IMG/VR virus record: IMGVR_UViG_3300001282_000003
DNA length: 64,000 bases
From: an uncultured virus (IMG/VR IMGVR_UViG_3300001282_000003)
Taxonomy: Duplodnaviria > Heunggongvirae > Uroviricota > Caudoviricetes
Direction: 5' to 3' (one strand)
Position numbers and translations under genes: made by a program. How positions within the stretch are numbered: position 1 is the stretch's first letter; the number at the start of each line of letters is the position of its first letter. The notes beneath the pieces are model-generated. The model was not told where the DNA came from, did not search any database, and worked only from the letters and a program-made list of their open reading frames with translations. Shown one piece after another: positions 1 to 10,873 of the stretch.

Positions 1-19
1 CTAAAACATATTTATATTA

Positions 20-508
20 ATGAAATTAGAAATTGAACGCAAATTTTTACTAAAAGCTATGCCTGACATATCTCCAACCGAGATTGTTAAAATTGACCAG
101 TATTATTTTAAAAACTCAAGTGGTACTTGGGAAAGGGCTAGATCTTGGGATTCTAATATCAAGGGTAAATCGTATATTCATACTGTAAAGAAAAGCGTTT
201 CAAAAGGTGTCAACCTTGAAGATGAAAAATTTCTAAGTGAAAAAGAATTCAAAGAGTTCAAATCGCATTGTTTATTATCTACAACCGAGTCTAGATTCAT
301 AACTAAAGAAAGATGGATTTATCCCGATGGTAATCTATACTGGGAAGTAGATATGTTTAATAGTGGTCACCATCTTATTGTGGCTGAAATTGAAATTCCT
401 ACAAAAAATCATAAAGTAAACATTCCTAAGTTTATAGAAGATAAACTTTTACTTGAAGTAACAGGATTAAAACAATTTAGTAATAGAAACCTTTCTAATA
501 AAATATAA
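20..508 (+). CDS. CYTH-domain (triphosphate tunnel metalloenzyme/adenylate cyclase-like) protein
   Basis: N-terminal EIERKFL (ExExK) motif, KER, WEVD and AEIE, C-terminal EVTG..FSN typical of CYTH. Confidence 0.9.
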   Translation: MKLEIERKFLLKAMPDISPTEIVKIDQYYFKNSSGTWERARSWDSNIKGKSYIHTVKKSVSKGVNLEDEKFLSEKEFKEFKSHCLLSTTESRFITKERWIYPDGNLYWEVDMFNSGHHLIVAEIEIPTKNHKVNIPKFIEDKLLLEVTGLKQFSNRNLSNKI

Positions 509-518
509 TATAAAAAAT

Positions 519-1067
519 ATGAAGAAATTAGAATTAAGAATGTATGGTCTCGTGCCTTATAATATCTCACCTATTCAACAAGCTATTCAATTTGGACACG
601 CTGTTGTTGAGTATGGTCAGAAGTTTAGAAATGATAACTATAACGATTGGGCCGATAACTGGAAAACATTTATCATCTTAAATGGTGGAACAACAAATCA
701 CAAAACTTCCTTAGAAGATGGATTGCCATTTGGTAGTTTGAATAATCACTTACTTACTTTATTGGATAATGGTATCGACTTTGCTCAATTTAATGAACCA
801 GATTTAGGTGACCAACTTACTGCTGTTGTTTTTATTGTTGATGAAAGAGTCTTTAATAGAAAGAAATATCCTGACTTTGAAGATTGGGTTATTGAGAACT
901 ATGGTGATTTAATTACAGGTGGTGGTACTTCTTATCAAGTTGCTCAGAGAATTAAAGAATCAAAATCAAAAGAAGATAAAAAAGTTTACAAAGAGTGGGT
1001 TGCTTTAGTTGGTGGTGATAAAAATGTTTTCTTGAGAGATTTCTTAAAAAACTTTAGATTGGCATAA
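519..1067 (+). CDS. PTH2-like peptidyl-tRNA hydrolase family protein (phage type)
   Basis: QQAIQFGHA, IILNGG, FNEPDLGDQLTAV resemble phage PTH2-like proteins. Confidence 0.65.
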   Translation: MKKLELRMYGLVPYNISPIQQAIQFGHAVVEYGQKFRNDNYNDWADNWKTFIILNGGTTNHKTSLEDGLPFGSLNNHLLTLLDNGIDFAQFNEPDLGDQLTAVVFIVDERVFNRKKYPDFEDWVIENYGDLITGGGTSYQVAQRIKESKSKEDKKVYKEWVALVGGDKNVFLRDFLKNFRLA

Positions 1068-1414
1068 TGAAAGAATCTTGGATTAAGATTAATAATGAAA
1101 CATTCTTTATAAAGGAAATGATGATTCAACTAAGTATTGGTTCACATGCTTCTTTACAATTATCATTCGATATTAAAAAATATCCAAAATACTCAGATAT
1201 CTTTTTTAATAAGTATGAAAACAAAGAGAAGTTTAATATAGTTGGTAAAGAGTTTGAAGCAAAAGGAACAATAATTAAAACAATTGATACAGATAAGAAT
1301 ACAATGAATACTTCTTTAAGATGTGATTTATTAAATCATAAAGACATTTCAGAACGAAGAGAAGAAATTATTGATGTTGTACTAAACAACCAACAAAATA
1401 ATAATATAAAATAA
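1067..1414 (+). CDS. hypothetical protein with C-terminal RREEIIDVVL tag
   Basis: ORF coupled to the upstream stop; C-terminal motif shared with other ORFs in the window. Confidence 0.75.
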   Translation: MKESWIKINNETFFIKEMMIQLSIGSHASLQLSFDIKKYPKYSDIFFNKYENKEKFNIVGKEFEAKGTIIKTIDTDKNTMNTSLRCDLLNHKDISERREEIIDVVLNNQQNNNIK

Positions 1415-1432
1415 ACAAGTAAATTAGAAAAT

Positions 1433-3568
1433 ATGAAGAATACTAAGAACAACATCGAAGGCAGAGATTATGTATCACCTGATATTAAAGCCGCTATTGA
1501 CGATGATGATGAAGATAGTCCTTCCTTTAATTCTAGTTCGAGAAAACCAGACTCTAAGTCTAAAACTCCTGTACTAGACACTTATAGCCGTGACCTAACT
1601 AAAATGGCTGAAGAAGGAAAACTTGATGCTATCATTGGTCGTGAAAAAGAGATTGAGAGAGTTTCTCAAATTCTTTCTCGCAGAAAGAAAAACAATCCAA
1701 TCTTAATTGGTGAACCAGGTGTAGGTAAATCTTCAATCGCTGAAGGATTAGCACTAAGAATTATTCAAAGAAAAGTAAGCCGCATTCTTTTTAACAAAAG
1801 AATCGTAATGCTTGATTTAGCTTCTATGGTGGCTGGTACTAAGTACCGTGGTCAGTTTGAAGAACGTATCAAAGCTCTAATGGCTGAAATGGAGAAAGAA
1901 CCAGACGTTATTCTTTTCATTGATGAAATTCACACTATTATCGGTGCCGGTGGTGCCTCTGGTTCATTAGATGCTTCTAATATGTTCAAACCTGCTTTAG
2001 CTCGTGGTGAAATTCAAATCATCGGTGCTACAACTTTGGATGAATATCGTAAGCATATTGAAAAAGATGGTGCTTTGGAAAGACGTTTCCAAAAAGTAAT
2101 TGTTGAACCAGCTTCTGCTGAAGAAACAATTCAAATCATTGCTAACATCAAAGACAAGTATGAATCACATCACAATGTTGTTTATACTGACGAAGCTATC
2201 AAAGCTTGTGTTGATTTAACTGACCGTTATGTTACTGACCGTTTCTTACCAGACAAAGCTATTGATGCTTTAGATGAGGCTGGATCTCGTGTTCATATTT
2301 CAAACATTGTTGTTCCTAAAGTCATTACTGACATTGAGAATAAGATTGGAGAAATTAAAGAGAAAAAGAATCAAGTTATTCGCTCTCAGAAATATGAAGA
2401 GGCGGCTAAGTTAAGAGACGTTGAGCGTCAACTTAATGAATCTTTGGAAGTTGAAAGAAAGAAATGGGAAGACGAATGTTCCAATAACAAACAAACAGTA
2501 ACTGAAGACAATGTAGCAGAAGTCGTTTCGATGATGACTGGTATTCCTCTTCAGAAAGTATCTGAGAACGAAACTAGCAAATTGGGAAAAATGCAAGACT
2601 CTATCGTTGGTAAAGTTGTTGGTCAAGATGATGCTGTTAAGAAGATTGTTAAAGCTATTCAAAGAGGTCGTGTTGGTTTGAAAGATCCAAACAAACCAAT
2701 TGGTTCATTTATGTTCTTAGGACCTACTGGTGTTGGTAAAACACAATTGGCTAAAGTGTTGGCTAAGTATCTATTTGATTCAGAAGATTCTTTAATTAGA
2801 ATTGATATGTCAGAATACATGGAGAAGTTCGCTGTATCTCGTTTGATTGGTGCGCCTCCAGGATACGTTGGTCACGATGAAGGTGGACAATTAACTGAGA
2901 AAGTTAGACGTAAGCCTTACTCAGTAGTTCTTCTTGATGAGATTGAGAAAGCTCACCCAGAAGTTTTCAACTTGTTACTTCAAGTTCTTGACGATGGTCA
3001 GTTAACAGATTCTCTTGGTAGAAAAGTTAACTTTAAGAATACCATTATCATTATGACTTCTAACACTGGTTCACGTCAGTTGAAAGAATTCGGAACTGGA
3101 GTGGGTTTCAATACTAAAACTAGAGAGTCTAAAGGTCAACAAGAGTCAAATTCAGTTATTGATAAAGAGTTGAAGAAGAAATTCGCACCTGAGTTCTTAA
3201 ATCGTATTGATGATGTTGTAATGTTTAACTCACTTGTAAAAGAAGATATTAATAAAATTATTAGTATTGAATTAGAGAAGTTAGTTAGTCGCGTTCAAAA
3301 GATGGATTTTGAATTAGAAATTACTGAAGGTGCTACTGATTATATCGCTTCTCAAGGATTTGACCCAGAATATGGTGCTAGACCTTTGAAGAGAGCTATT
3401 CAGAAGTATGTTGAAGATGTTCTAACAGAAGAAATCATCCAACAAAACCCTGAAAAGATGTCTAAATTATTGTTAGATTACAATAAAGAAGACGACAAGA
3501 TGGTTGTAGTAATTACTTCTCCACCAAAGAAGAAAGTTACTAGAAGGAAAAAAGATACTGACATTTAG
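1433..3568 (+). CDS. clpC: ClpC-type AAA+ ATPase lacking the N-terminal Clp repeat domain
   Basis: Two Walker A motifs ([16 protein letters not shown]), UVR-like middle domain [15 protein letters not shown] ClpP-docking loop, YGARPLKR. Confidence 0.93.
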   Translation: MKNTKNNIEGRDYVSPDIKAAIDDDDEDSPSFNSSSRKPDSKSKTPVLDTYSRDLTKMAEEGKLDAIIGREKEIERVSQILSRRKKNNPILIGEPGVGKSSIAEGLALRIIQRKVSRILFNKRIVMLDLASMVAGTKYRGQFEERIKALMAEMEKEPDVILFIDEIHTIIGAGGASGSLDASNMFKPALARGEIQIIGATTLDEYRKHIEKDGALERRFQKVIVEPASAEETIQIIANIKDKYESHHNVVYTDEAIKACVDLTDRYVTDRFLPDKAIDALDEAGSRVHISNIVVPKVITDIENKIGEIKEKKNQVIRSQKYEEAAKLRDVERQLNESLEVERKKWEDECSNNKQTVTEDNVAEVVSMMTGIPLQKVSENETSKLGKMQDSIVGKVVGQDDAVKKIVKAIQRGRVGLKDPNKPIGSFMFLGPTGVGKTQLAKVLAKYLFDSEDSLIRIDMSEYMEKFAVSRLIGAPPGYVGHDEGGQLTEKVRRKPYSVVLLDEIEKAHPEVFNLLLQVLDDGQLTDSLGRKVNFKNTIIIMTSNTGSRQLKEFGTGVGFNTKTRESKGQQESNSVIDKELKKKFAPEFLNRIDDVVMFNSLVKEDINKIISIELEKLVSRVQKMDFELEITEGATDYIASQGFDPEYGARPLKRAIQKYVEDVLTEEIIQQNPEKMSKLLLDYNKEDDKMVVVITSPPKKKVTRRKKDTDI

Positions 3569-3576
3569 TAAGTATT

Positions 3577-3607
3577 AAAAAAAGAGAGTTGAAAAACTCT
3601 CTTTTTT
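3577..3607 (+). terminator. intrinsic terminator after clpC
   Basis: AAAAAAGAGAGTT-gaaa-AACTCTCTTTTTT hairpin flanked by A and T tracts. Confidence 0.8.
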
Positions 3608-3644
3608 ATTTTAAACAATTCCTATATTAATCAATATAAACCAA

Positions 3645-4565
3645 ATGGAACTTAATGCTAAAATTTTTGTTGCTGGTCATAATGGAATGGTTGGATCAGC
3701 AATAGTTAGAAAACTAAAAGAAATTGGCTATACAAATATTATTACTTTTGATAGAAGTAAATTGAATTTGCTTAATCAATTAGATGTACAATCATTCTTT
3801 AATATAAATTGTCCAGAATATGTTTTTGTTTGTGCCGCTAAAGTTGGTGGTATAAAAGCAAATAATGAAATGAAAGGTGATTTTATTTATGAGAATATTA
3901 TGATTCAATCTAATATAATTAAATCTTCTAAAGATCACAATGTTAAAAAATTAATATTCTTAGGGTCATCTTGTATTTATCCTAAGATGTCACCACAGCC
4001 AATTAAAGAAGAGTATTTATTAACTGGCCCATTAGAACCAACAAATGATGCTTATGCTATTGCTAAGATTGCTGGTATTAAAATGTGTCAATCATTTAAC
4101 CAACAATATGGTACTAATTTCATTTCAGTAATGCCTACAAATCTTTATGGTCCAAATGATAATTATGATTTGAATAACTCACACGTCTTACCCGCTATGA
4201 TTCGTAAATTTCACGAAGCTAAGTTAGAAGGTAAGGATAAAGTTGAAATCTGGGGAACTGGAAAACCAATGAGAGAGTTTCTTTATGTAGATGATTTAGC
4301 AGATGCTTGTTATCATCTTATGATGAATTACAATGGTAGTGAGGTGGTGAACATTGGTACTGGATTAGATATAACAATAAAAGATTTAGCCTTAACAATA
4401 AAAGAGGTTGTTGGTTTTAGAGGTGATATTTATTTTAATACAGATATGCCAGATGGTACACCAAGAAAACTTTTAGATGTTTCTAGATTAAAAGATTTAG
4501 GTTGGGAATACAAAACCACTTTGAGAGAGGGGATAGAAAAAACATATAAAGATTATGTCAAATAA
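3645..4565 (+). CDS. fcl: GDP-L-fucose synthase
   Basis: [49 protein letters not shown]. Confidence 0.97.
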   Translation: MELNAKIFVAGHNGMVGSAIVRKLKEIGYTNIITFDRSKLNLLNQLDVQSFFNINCPEYVFVCAAKVGGIKANNEMKGDFIYENIMIQSNIIKSSKDHNVKKLIFLGSSCIYPKMSPQPIKEEYLLTGPLEPTNDAYAIAKIAGIKMCQSFNQQYGTNFISVMPTNLYGPNDNYDLNNSHVLPAMIRKFHEAKLEGKDKVEIWGTGKPMREFLYVDDLADACYHLMMNYNGSEVVNIGTGLDITIKDLALTIKEVVGFRGDIYFNTDMPDGTPRKLLDVSRLKDLGWEYKTTLREGIEKTYKDYVK

Positions 4566-5583
4566 GAAAGCATTTATAACAGGTATAACAGGTCAAGATG
4601 GATCATACTTAGCCGAGTTATTACTAGAAAAAGGATATGAAGTTCATGGTATTGTTAGAAGATCATCTACTATCAACACTGGTAGAATTAATCATATTTA
4701 TAACAAAATTAAATTACACTACGGTGATATGACTGACTCACTTTGTCTTGATAGACTTATGAGTGAAATTAAACCAGATGAGATTTATCATCTAGCAGCA
4801 CAATCACATGTAAAAGTATCATTTGAATTACCAGAATATACTGGTCAAGTTGATGCTATGGGTACACTTAGATTTATTGAGGCTTATAGAAAACATTGTC
4901 CTAATGCTAGATTCTATAATGCTTGTACATCAGAAATGTATGGCTTAGTTAAAGAAGTACCACAAACAGAAGTAACACCTTTTCATCCAAGAAGTCCTTA
5001 TGGTGTTGCTAAATTATATTCTTTCTGGATTTGTAAAAACTACAGAGAAGCTTATGGTTTACATATTAGTAATGGTATTCTTTTTAACCACGAAGGTGAA
5101 AGAAGAGGTGAAACATTTGTTACTCGTAAAATCACTTTAGCATTAGGTGAGATTAAAAGATGTTTAGATAAAGGTCATGATTTCCCTAAATTAAGATTAG
5201 GTAATCTTTATTCTAAAAGAGATTGGGGTTATGCTAAAGACTTTGTATATGGTATGTGGTTAATGTTACAACAAGACACACCAGATGATTATGTTCTTTC
5301 AACTAATGAAACGCACACAATTAAAGAGTTTGTTGAATTGGCTTGTAAAGAATGTGGTTGGAACATAACTTGGGAAGGTGAAGGAGAAAATGAGAAAGGT
5401 TTAGTAGATGGATTAGTTATAGTAGAATTAGATAAAAAATATTTAAGACCTTCTGAGGTTGATTTACTTATTGGGGATTACACTAGAGCTAAAGAAGTTT
5501 TAGGATGGGAACCTAAAGTTAAATTTGAAGAGTTAGTAAGAATCATGATGAGTCATGATATTAAAAATATAAATAATCTATGA
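4555..5583 (+). CDS. gmd: GDP-mannose 4,6-dehydratase
   Basis: [52 protein letters not shown]. Confidence 0.97.
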   Translation: MSNKKAFITGITGQDGSYLAELLLEKGYEVHGIVRRSSTINTGRINHIYNKIKLHYGDMTDSLCLDRLMSEIKPDEIYHLAAQSHVKVSFELPEYTGQVDAMGTLRFIEAYRKHCPNARFYNACTSEMYGLVKEVPQTEVTPFHPRSPYGVAKLYSFWICKNYREAYGLHISNGILFNHEGERRGETFVTRKITLALGEIKRCLDKGHDFPKLRLGNLYSKRDWGYAKDFVYGMWLMLQQDTPDDYVLSTNETHTIKEFVELACKECGWNITWEGEGENEKGLVDGLVIVELDKKYLRPSEVDLLIGDYTRAKEVLGWEPKVKFEELVRIMMSHDIKNINNL

Positions 5584-6281
5584 TACATATTTTATGGTGT
5601 ACACTAAGACCTGCTCAGTTTCAACATGCTCATCAAGAGTGGATTAAAAGAGCTGATAATCCAGAGAACATACAAACTTATGTTGCTGTTAATTGGAAAG
5701 AACACGCTGACCAATTAAGAGATTACTTAAAGAAAAATTATATCATAACAGTTAATACTAATAAGATTGGTGTTTGTTATCCTTCTTATCAACTATCTTC
5801 TAACTTAGGTATTAAAATGGGTGTAGCAAGTGATGGTGATATTGTTATTTTTGCTTCTGATGATTTTATGGCACCTCAAGGTTGGGACACTTATTTAATT
5901 AATAAGTTAAATGATAAAGGAGATGTTGGTTTAATGGTTAGAGATGGTTATCAATTACCTGATTCATCTAATATGTTACATGCGGCTATTACAATTCCAA
6001 TTATGACTTATGGTTGCTTGAAGAAGTTAAATATGACTATCTATCATCCTGCTTATAATCATATGTTCTCTGATTGTGAGTTGTATAATAACTTAAAAGA
6101 TTTAGATTTATTATATGATGATAGAATGAATGATGTTACAATATTTGAGCATTTACATCACGCTGCTGGTAAGAGAAATGCTGACCAGGCTGATCAAGCT
6201 TACGGTGCTAAGTGGCGAGAAGATGAAGTAACTTGGAATAAAAGAAAATTATTACCAGTAGAAAAAAGAATAGAAATATAA
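5580..6281 (+). CDS. putative GT-A (GT2-like) glycosyltransferase
   Basis: ASDDF DxD-like motif, YHPAY..MFSD.E, EHLH; within glycan cluster. Confidence 0.65.
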   Translation: MIHILWCTLRPAQFQHAHQEWIKRADNPENIQTYVAVNWKEHADQLRDYLKKNYIITVNTNKIGVCYPSYQLSSNLGIKMGVASDGDIVIFASDDFMAPQGWDTYLINKLNDKGDVGLMVRDGYQLPDSSNMLHAAITIPIMTYGCLKKLNMTIYHPAYNHMFSDCELYNNLKDLDLLYDDRMNDVTIFEHLHHAAGKRNADQADQAYGAKWREDEVTWNKRKLLPVEKRIEI

Positions 6282-6282
6282 A

Positions 6283-7056
6283 ATGACAGACATTTTTATC
6301 AAAACATACCCAGGTGATTTTATTTGGTTGGAGTATTGTATCAAAAGTATTGAAAAATTTGTAACAGGCTTTAGAGACATTGTTATTGTTACAGATAGTG
6401 GAACAGAATTAAAAATTGATTCTAATCTTCCAATTAAAATCTTTTATGAAGATTTACCAAACGAAACACATCCTTGTCCAGTTGGTATTGGATATGCTTG
6501 GGCTCAAAGCGTAAAGTTAAATTGGACAAAGTACACAGATGCTGACTATATTCTTCAAATTGATAGTGATACTATGTTTACTAATAACATAGATATGTCT
6601 TATTATCAAATTGATGAAAAAATTAAATGGTTTTATAGAGAGTGGTCCGAATCAGGTGAAGGTGGGATTCATAGAGTTCCTACTGATTTTTTTATTAAAA
6701 GAGAATCTACAAGAGATCATATGCCTGCTCCAACTTGGTTTTTTTCTAGAAAAACTACAGAACTATTTCAAAACTGGGTTAATGAAAATTGGGGCGGTAT
6801 TTGGAATTATCTAAATGTACATGCTAGACAATTATGGACTATGGATTTAGATTTTCAATCTAATCATATTCATACTCACAAAGGTTGGGGTTCTTGTGAA
6901 TATCATATGTATGGTAATTTTATAGAATTTTTCTATCCTGACGAATATCAATTAGTACATTTGAGTCAATATGGTGTTCCTATTAGACAATCTTGGTCAT
7001 GGGGTGGCTTAAAGGAAGATGAGATTAAATTTAGAGAAGAATTATTAAGTAAGTAA
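6283..7056 (+). CDS. putative glycosyltransferase (GT-A fold, DSD motif)
   Basis: YCIKSIEKF, QSVKL, LQIDSD; cluster context. Confidence 0.6.
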   Translation: MTDIFIKTYPGDFIWLEYCIKSIEKFVTGFRDIVIVTDSGTELKIDSNLPIKIFYEDLPNETHPCPVGIGYAWAQSVKLNWTKYTDADYILQIDSDTMFTNNIDMSYYQIDEKIKWFYREWSESGEGGIHRVPTDFFIKRESTRDHMPAPTWFFSRKTTELFQNWVNENWGGIWNYLNVHARQLWTMDLDFQSNHIHTHKGWGSCEYHMYGNFIEFFYPDEYQLVHLSQYGVPIRQSWSWGGLKEDEIKFREELLSK

Positions 7057-8561
7057 TGAATGTTTTCACAACTATAAATCCTAATGGTAATTTTGAAGCT
7101 CAAAATGAAGCTATGTCTTCTTGGGCTTTAAAATTTACTATTTATTCTGTTAATACAAAAAATGATATTGATAAAGTTAAAGATTTATATCCATATGTTA
7201 ATTTTATAGAAACAGAAGATACTTATATTTATAAAGGAAAAGAATTAATAAAGTTAAATGCGTTACTTGAAGCCATTAAGAGTTCTGATAAAGAATATGC
7301 TTGTATAGTAAACTCTGATATTATATTAAACTCTAGTATAGATATAAGTGATTTATTAAAAAACAAATATTTAGATAAAGGTTTAATAATATCAACTAGA
7401 TATGAAATAGATGGTGAGAAAGAGCCATATCCATTTACCTCTGGTTATGATATATTTATATTTAATAAAAAAAATGTAAATCTATTTTCAAATAAAAACT
7501 ATGTTATTGGAATGCCTTGGTGGGATTATTGGATTCCAATTATTTCAAATAAAAATTCATTTACTATCTATCATATAAATAGTAAATTAATTTATCACAA
7601 AACACATCAAACTAATTATGATGGTGATATTTGGAATGAGTTTGGTCAAAGTTTATATAAAGACATAGTATCAAAAAAAGGATTTTGGTCAACAGCTGAT
7701 GGTAAAGTAGTTAATGATATAAAAAATTACGCTGATATATACTCATTTTGTACAAGTATTAAAAAATTTATAGAAAAAGAACAGATAAATATAAACCTAT
7801 CTGAAAAAAAAGAAAAACTAAATATGAAAATAGTATTTTTCACCACATCAACATTTTCAGATATTCAAGAAACTCAATCTGAATGTATTAATAAATTATT
7901 TCCCGAAAGTGATCACATTAAAATTGATGGTAGAACTGGTTGGTTTACTGTTTGGTATGAGTGGTTAAATAGGTCATATAAATATGTAGCTGATTGGTAT
8001 GTTCATATTGATGAAGATTGTTTTATCACCTCAAGAGATGAGATAGAAAATCTAATTCAATATATGATTAAAAATAATCTAGATATTGCTGGACCACCTG
8101 ATGGATATTTTGAATATAGAGGTGGTAACAATATGGCTTTTAATTCATTTTTTATGATAATGAATAGAAAGTGTATTGATACTTGGTTTAATAGAACGTC
8201 TATACCTCAATTTAAACAGGAATGGATAGAAGAGTATCCTTATGAAAAAAAAGGAGGTGTTAATTATGAGTATAATATGGAGTTTGGTACTTCTGGTAAA
8301 CCGCTTGGTTTAATATGGAAACCCTGTACTGAACCATATTATGATTTTATGTGGGTTTTAAAAGAAGCCGGTATTAAATTCCATTATTTAGAACCAATTT
8401 TTGGTGATGAATTTCAAACAACTAACTTATTAAATAATACAATATATCATATGTGGCATCAAAGAGAAAGATGGGTTGATAGAATTGTTTCACCTGTTCA
8501 TAAAATGACTAACAAACAAAGATTTGATGGTATGATTGAAAAAATTAAAAAAACAATATGA
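7056..8561 (+). CDS. two-domain putative glycosyltransferase (fusion of two GT-like modules)
   Basis: Domain 1 IVNSDI...GYDIF...PWWDYW; domain 2 starts at the in-frame ATG 7824 (MKIVFF) and contains HIDEDCF. Confidence 0.6.
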   Translation: MNVFTTINPNGNFEAQNEAMSSWALKFTIYSVNTKNDIDKVKDLYPYVNFIETEDTYIYKGKELIKLNALLEAIKSSDKEYACIVNSDIILNSSIDISDLLKNKYLDKGLIISTRYEIDGEKEPYPFTSGYDIFIFNKKNVNLFSNKNYVIGMPWWDYWIPIISNKNSFTIYHINSKLIYHKTHQTNYDGDIWNEFGQSLYKDIVSKKGFWSTADGKVVNDIKNYADIYSFCTSIKKFIEKEQININLSEKKEKLNMKIVFFTTSTFSDIQETQSECINKLFPESDHIKIDGRTGWFTVWYEWLNRSYKYVADWYVHIDEDCFITSRDEIENLIQYMIKNNLDIAGPPDGYFEYRGGNNMAFNSFFMIMNRKCIDTWFNRTSIPQFKQEWIEEYPYEKKGGVNYEYNMEFGTSGKPLGLIWKPCTEPYYDFMWVLKEAGIKFHYLEPIFGDEFQTTNLLNNTIYHMWHQRERWVDRIVSPVHKMTNKQRFDGMIEKIKKTI

Positions 8562-9403
8562 ATGTAGTTTCAGTTCAAATTTATTCCGACCAAAATACAC
8601 CTTGGGATAGATCAAAAATTGATTTCCCAATTAACATAGAAGATACTAATTGGCCCGGTAATGGTTGTGGTCTTTGTAATCAAATATTTAAACTTATTAA
8701 TACTATAGCTTTTAATAATGGACATGATATTTATGTAGATTTATTCTCTAAAGATTATTCAAGAGGTAATACTATAGGTGCTTCTGATATATTTAATTTA
8801 GAAGAGATGCGTAAGTTAGGACATAGATTATATGATATTGTTGATATGGATTATAATCAAAACTATGTAATTAAAACATATCCTGGAGTTTATATGTTAT
8901 ATCATATGAATAAAGATTATTTTATCAATATTGTTAAAAGTCTAAGATTTAGTAGTAAATATGAAAATATAGCAAAGAATGTGTTGGTTAATAAAGGTTT
9001 GTCAAATAAATTAGTAAATTTAGTACACTTGAGGATAGATATTGATTTTAAAAATCATGTAGTATCAACAAGTAGTTTAGAAAATTACTTAAATCTTATA
9101 GAAAGGTATAGAGAACAAATATATATGAACTGTGATAATTCAATACCACTTGTTTTATTGCTAGAAGAAACTGACCATTCATTTGTAAAAGAGTTACAAA
9201 AAGATTATGATGTTTATATGTTTGAAAAGTCAGAAGTATTAAGTGTTGATAATAAAATAGAAGGTAGAGAAATATTTGCTTTAGTTGACTTACTTACAGC
9301 AAAAGAATTAACTATTGATAAATTTATTGGACTCGAAGGTAGTACTTTTTCTTTGATATTAAATTATCTAATAGAATGTAAAAAATCAATTATTTTAAAA
9401 TGA
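8558..9403 (+). CDS. O-fucosyltransferase-like GT-B protein
   Basis: GLCNQ, VHLRID, FIGLEGSTFS match the POFUT/O-FucT pattern; gmd/fcl in the same cluster. Confidence 0.7.
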   Translation: MNVVSVQIYSDQNTPWDRSKIDFPINIEDTNWPGNGCGLCNQIFKLINTIAFNNGHDIYVDLFSKDYSRGNTIGASDIFNLEEMRKLGHRLYDIVDMDYNQNYVIKTYPGVYMLYHMNKDYFINIVKSLRFSSKYENIAKNVLVNKGLSNKLVNLVHLRIDIDFKNHVVSTSSLENYLNLIERYREQIYMNCDNSIPLVLLLEETDHSFVKELQKDYDVYMFEKSEVLSVDNKIEGREIFALVDLLTAKELTIDKFIGLEGSTFSLILNYLIECKKSIILK

Positions 9404-10017
9404 AATTATATGTAATATTCACACCTTCACATAGAAATCTATATGAAGATTATTTTTTAAAAACTCTTCCTAATGAGTTTGAGTTAATTCCATTAGAAAT
9501 CACACAGGAATGTCCAACTGGTGAATTCTACAAAGAGGGTTGGGATAAAACCTGCTATAGAAAAGTAGAGTTGTTTCATAAAGCATGTGAAGAAAATCAA
9601 GGAGAGTTATATGCCTTTTCTGATGTTGATATTCAGTTTTTTGGTAATGTAAAAGAAACTATGATAGAAGAGTTAGGTGATTATGATATAGCTTGTCAAA
9701 ATGATACGGGTCAATTTTATTGTTCAGGTTTTTTTATTTGTAGAGGAAATGAAAGAACATTAAATATGTTCTCTGAGATGAAAAAAAACTATCAATTAGA
9801 AGACCAAACTACACTTAATAGACATATTAATATGGTTGAATCAAAATTTCTTTCTAATAAATTTTTTACAATTGGTCACATTTTAGGTCTTTGGACAGGA
9901 CAAGATTTTAATATACCTTATCCTATATTGATACATCACTCAAATTGGACAGCCGGTATTGAAAACAAAATTAAACTATTAGATATAGTTAGAAAAAAAA
10001 TGGAAAATAATGAATAA
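9400..10017 (+). CDS. nucleotide-diphospho-sugar transferase (GT77-like)
   Basis: FSDVDIQFF, YCSGFF, EDQ, HHSNWT..KI. Confidence 0.75.
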   Translation: MKLYVIFTPSHRNLYEDYFLKTLPNEFELIPLEITQECPTGEFYKEGWDKTCYRKVELFHKACEENQGELYAFSDVDIQFFGNVKETMIEELGDYDIACQNDTGQFYCSGFFICRGNERTLNMFSEMKKNYQLEDQTTLNRHINMVESKFLSNKFFTIGHILGLWTGQDFNIPYPILIHHSNWTAGIENKIKLLDIVRKKMENNE

Positions 10018-10873
10018 TTATCAAAAACATTTAATTGAAGTATTTTCTAATTTTAGACCTAGTCCTAAATACCCAACATATCCACCGTACCATGAGGGTT
10101 TATATTTAGAAGACTATTTCTTTGATTATTTTACAAAAAATGATATACAAACTGATAGATATTATATTCCAGTTTTTTGGACAACTTGTTATGTGGATAA
10201 CTGTTTTAATGGATTACAAGAATTAATTAATACATTGGATCCTAATCTTAAATACTTTACAGTAGCTCAACACGATGATGCTATTAGAGAAAGATTACCA
10301 ATAGATACAATTTCATTTAATGCGGGTGGTAATGGTGGTGGTATTCCTATTCCATTAGTTTGTTCACCAATAAAAGAAGAAGTAAAACCTAAGTTAGAAA
10401 AAGATATATTTTGTTCTTTTGTAGGATCAATAACACATCCAATTAGAAATATGATGTATCATACTTTAGTTAATAATCCAAAATATGTTATATCTGCTAG
10501 AAACTGGACATCTTCTGTTTCTGAAAATGATTTTAGTAATTTCATTAATATAACATCTAGAAGTATTTTTTGTTTGTCACCAAGAGGTTATGGTAGAAGT
10601 TCTTTTAGATTATATGAAGCTATTCAATTGGGTTCAATACCGGTTTTTATATATGATTATAAGTGGACACCATTTGAAGATGAGATAGATTGGAATGAGT
10701 TTTGTGTTTTAATTGATGTTAATGATATTCAAAATATAGATAATATTCTATCAAGTTATACACCTGAAAGAATCAAACAAATACAAAGTAATTTGTATAA
10801 CTATTGGATAAATAATTTCACAATGGAATCTATTTGTAAAAAAATAACTAAAATAGTAAATGATTATAAGTGA
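10010..10873 (+). CDS. exostosin-like GT47 glycosyltransferase
   Basis: SFVGS, SIFCLSPRGYGRSSFRLYEAIQLGSIPV, PFEDEIDW. Confidence 0.85.
   Translation: MNNYQKHLIEVFSNFRPSPKYPTYPPYHEGLYLEDYFFDYFTKNDIQTDRYYIPVFWTTCYVDNCFNGLQELINTLDPNLKYFTVAQHDDAIRERLPIDTISFNAGGNGGGIPIPLVCSPIKEEVKPKLEKDIFCSFVGSITHPIRNMMYHTLVNNPKYVISARNWTSSVSENDFSNFINITSRSIFCLSPRGYGRSSFRLYEAIQLGSIPVFIYDYKWTPFEDEIDWNEFCVLIDVNDIQNIDNILSSYTPERIKQIQSNLYNYWINNFTMESICKKITKIVNDYK

Noticed and set aside
2716..2724. CTTAGGACC as a second copy of the sRNA core
   Set aside because: Lies within clpC codons for FLGP of the second Walker A motif; likely chance
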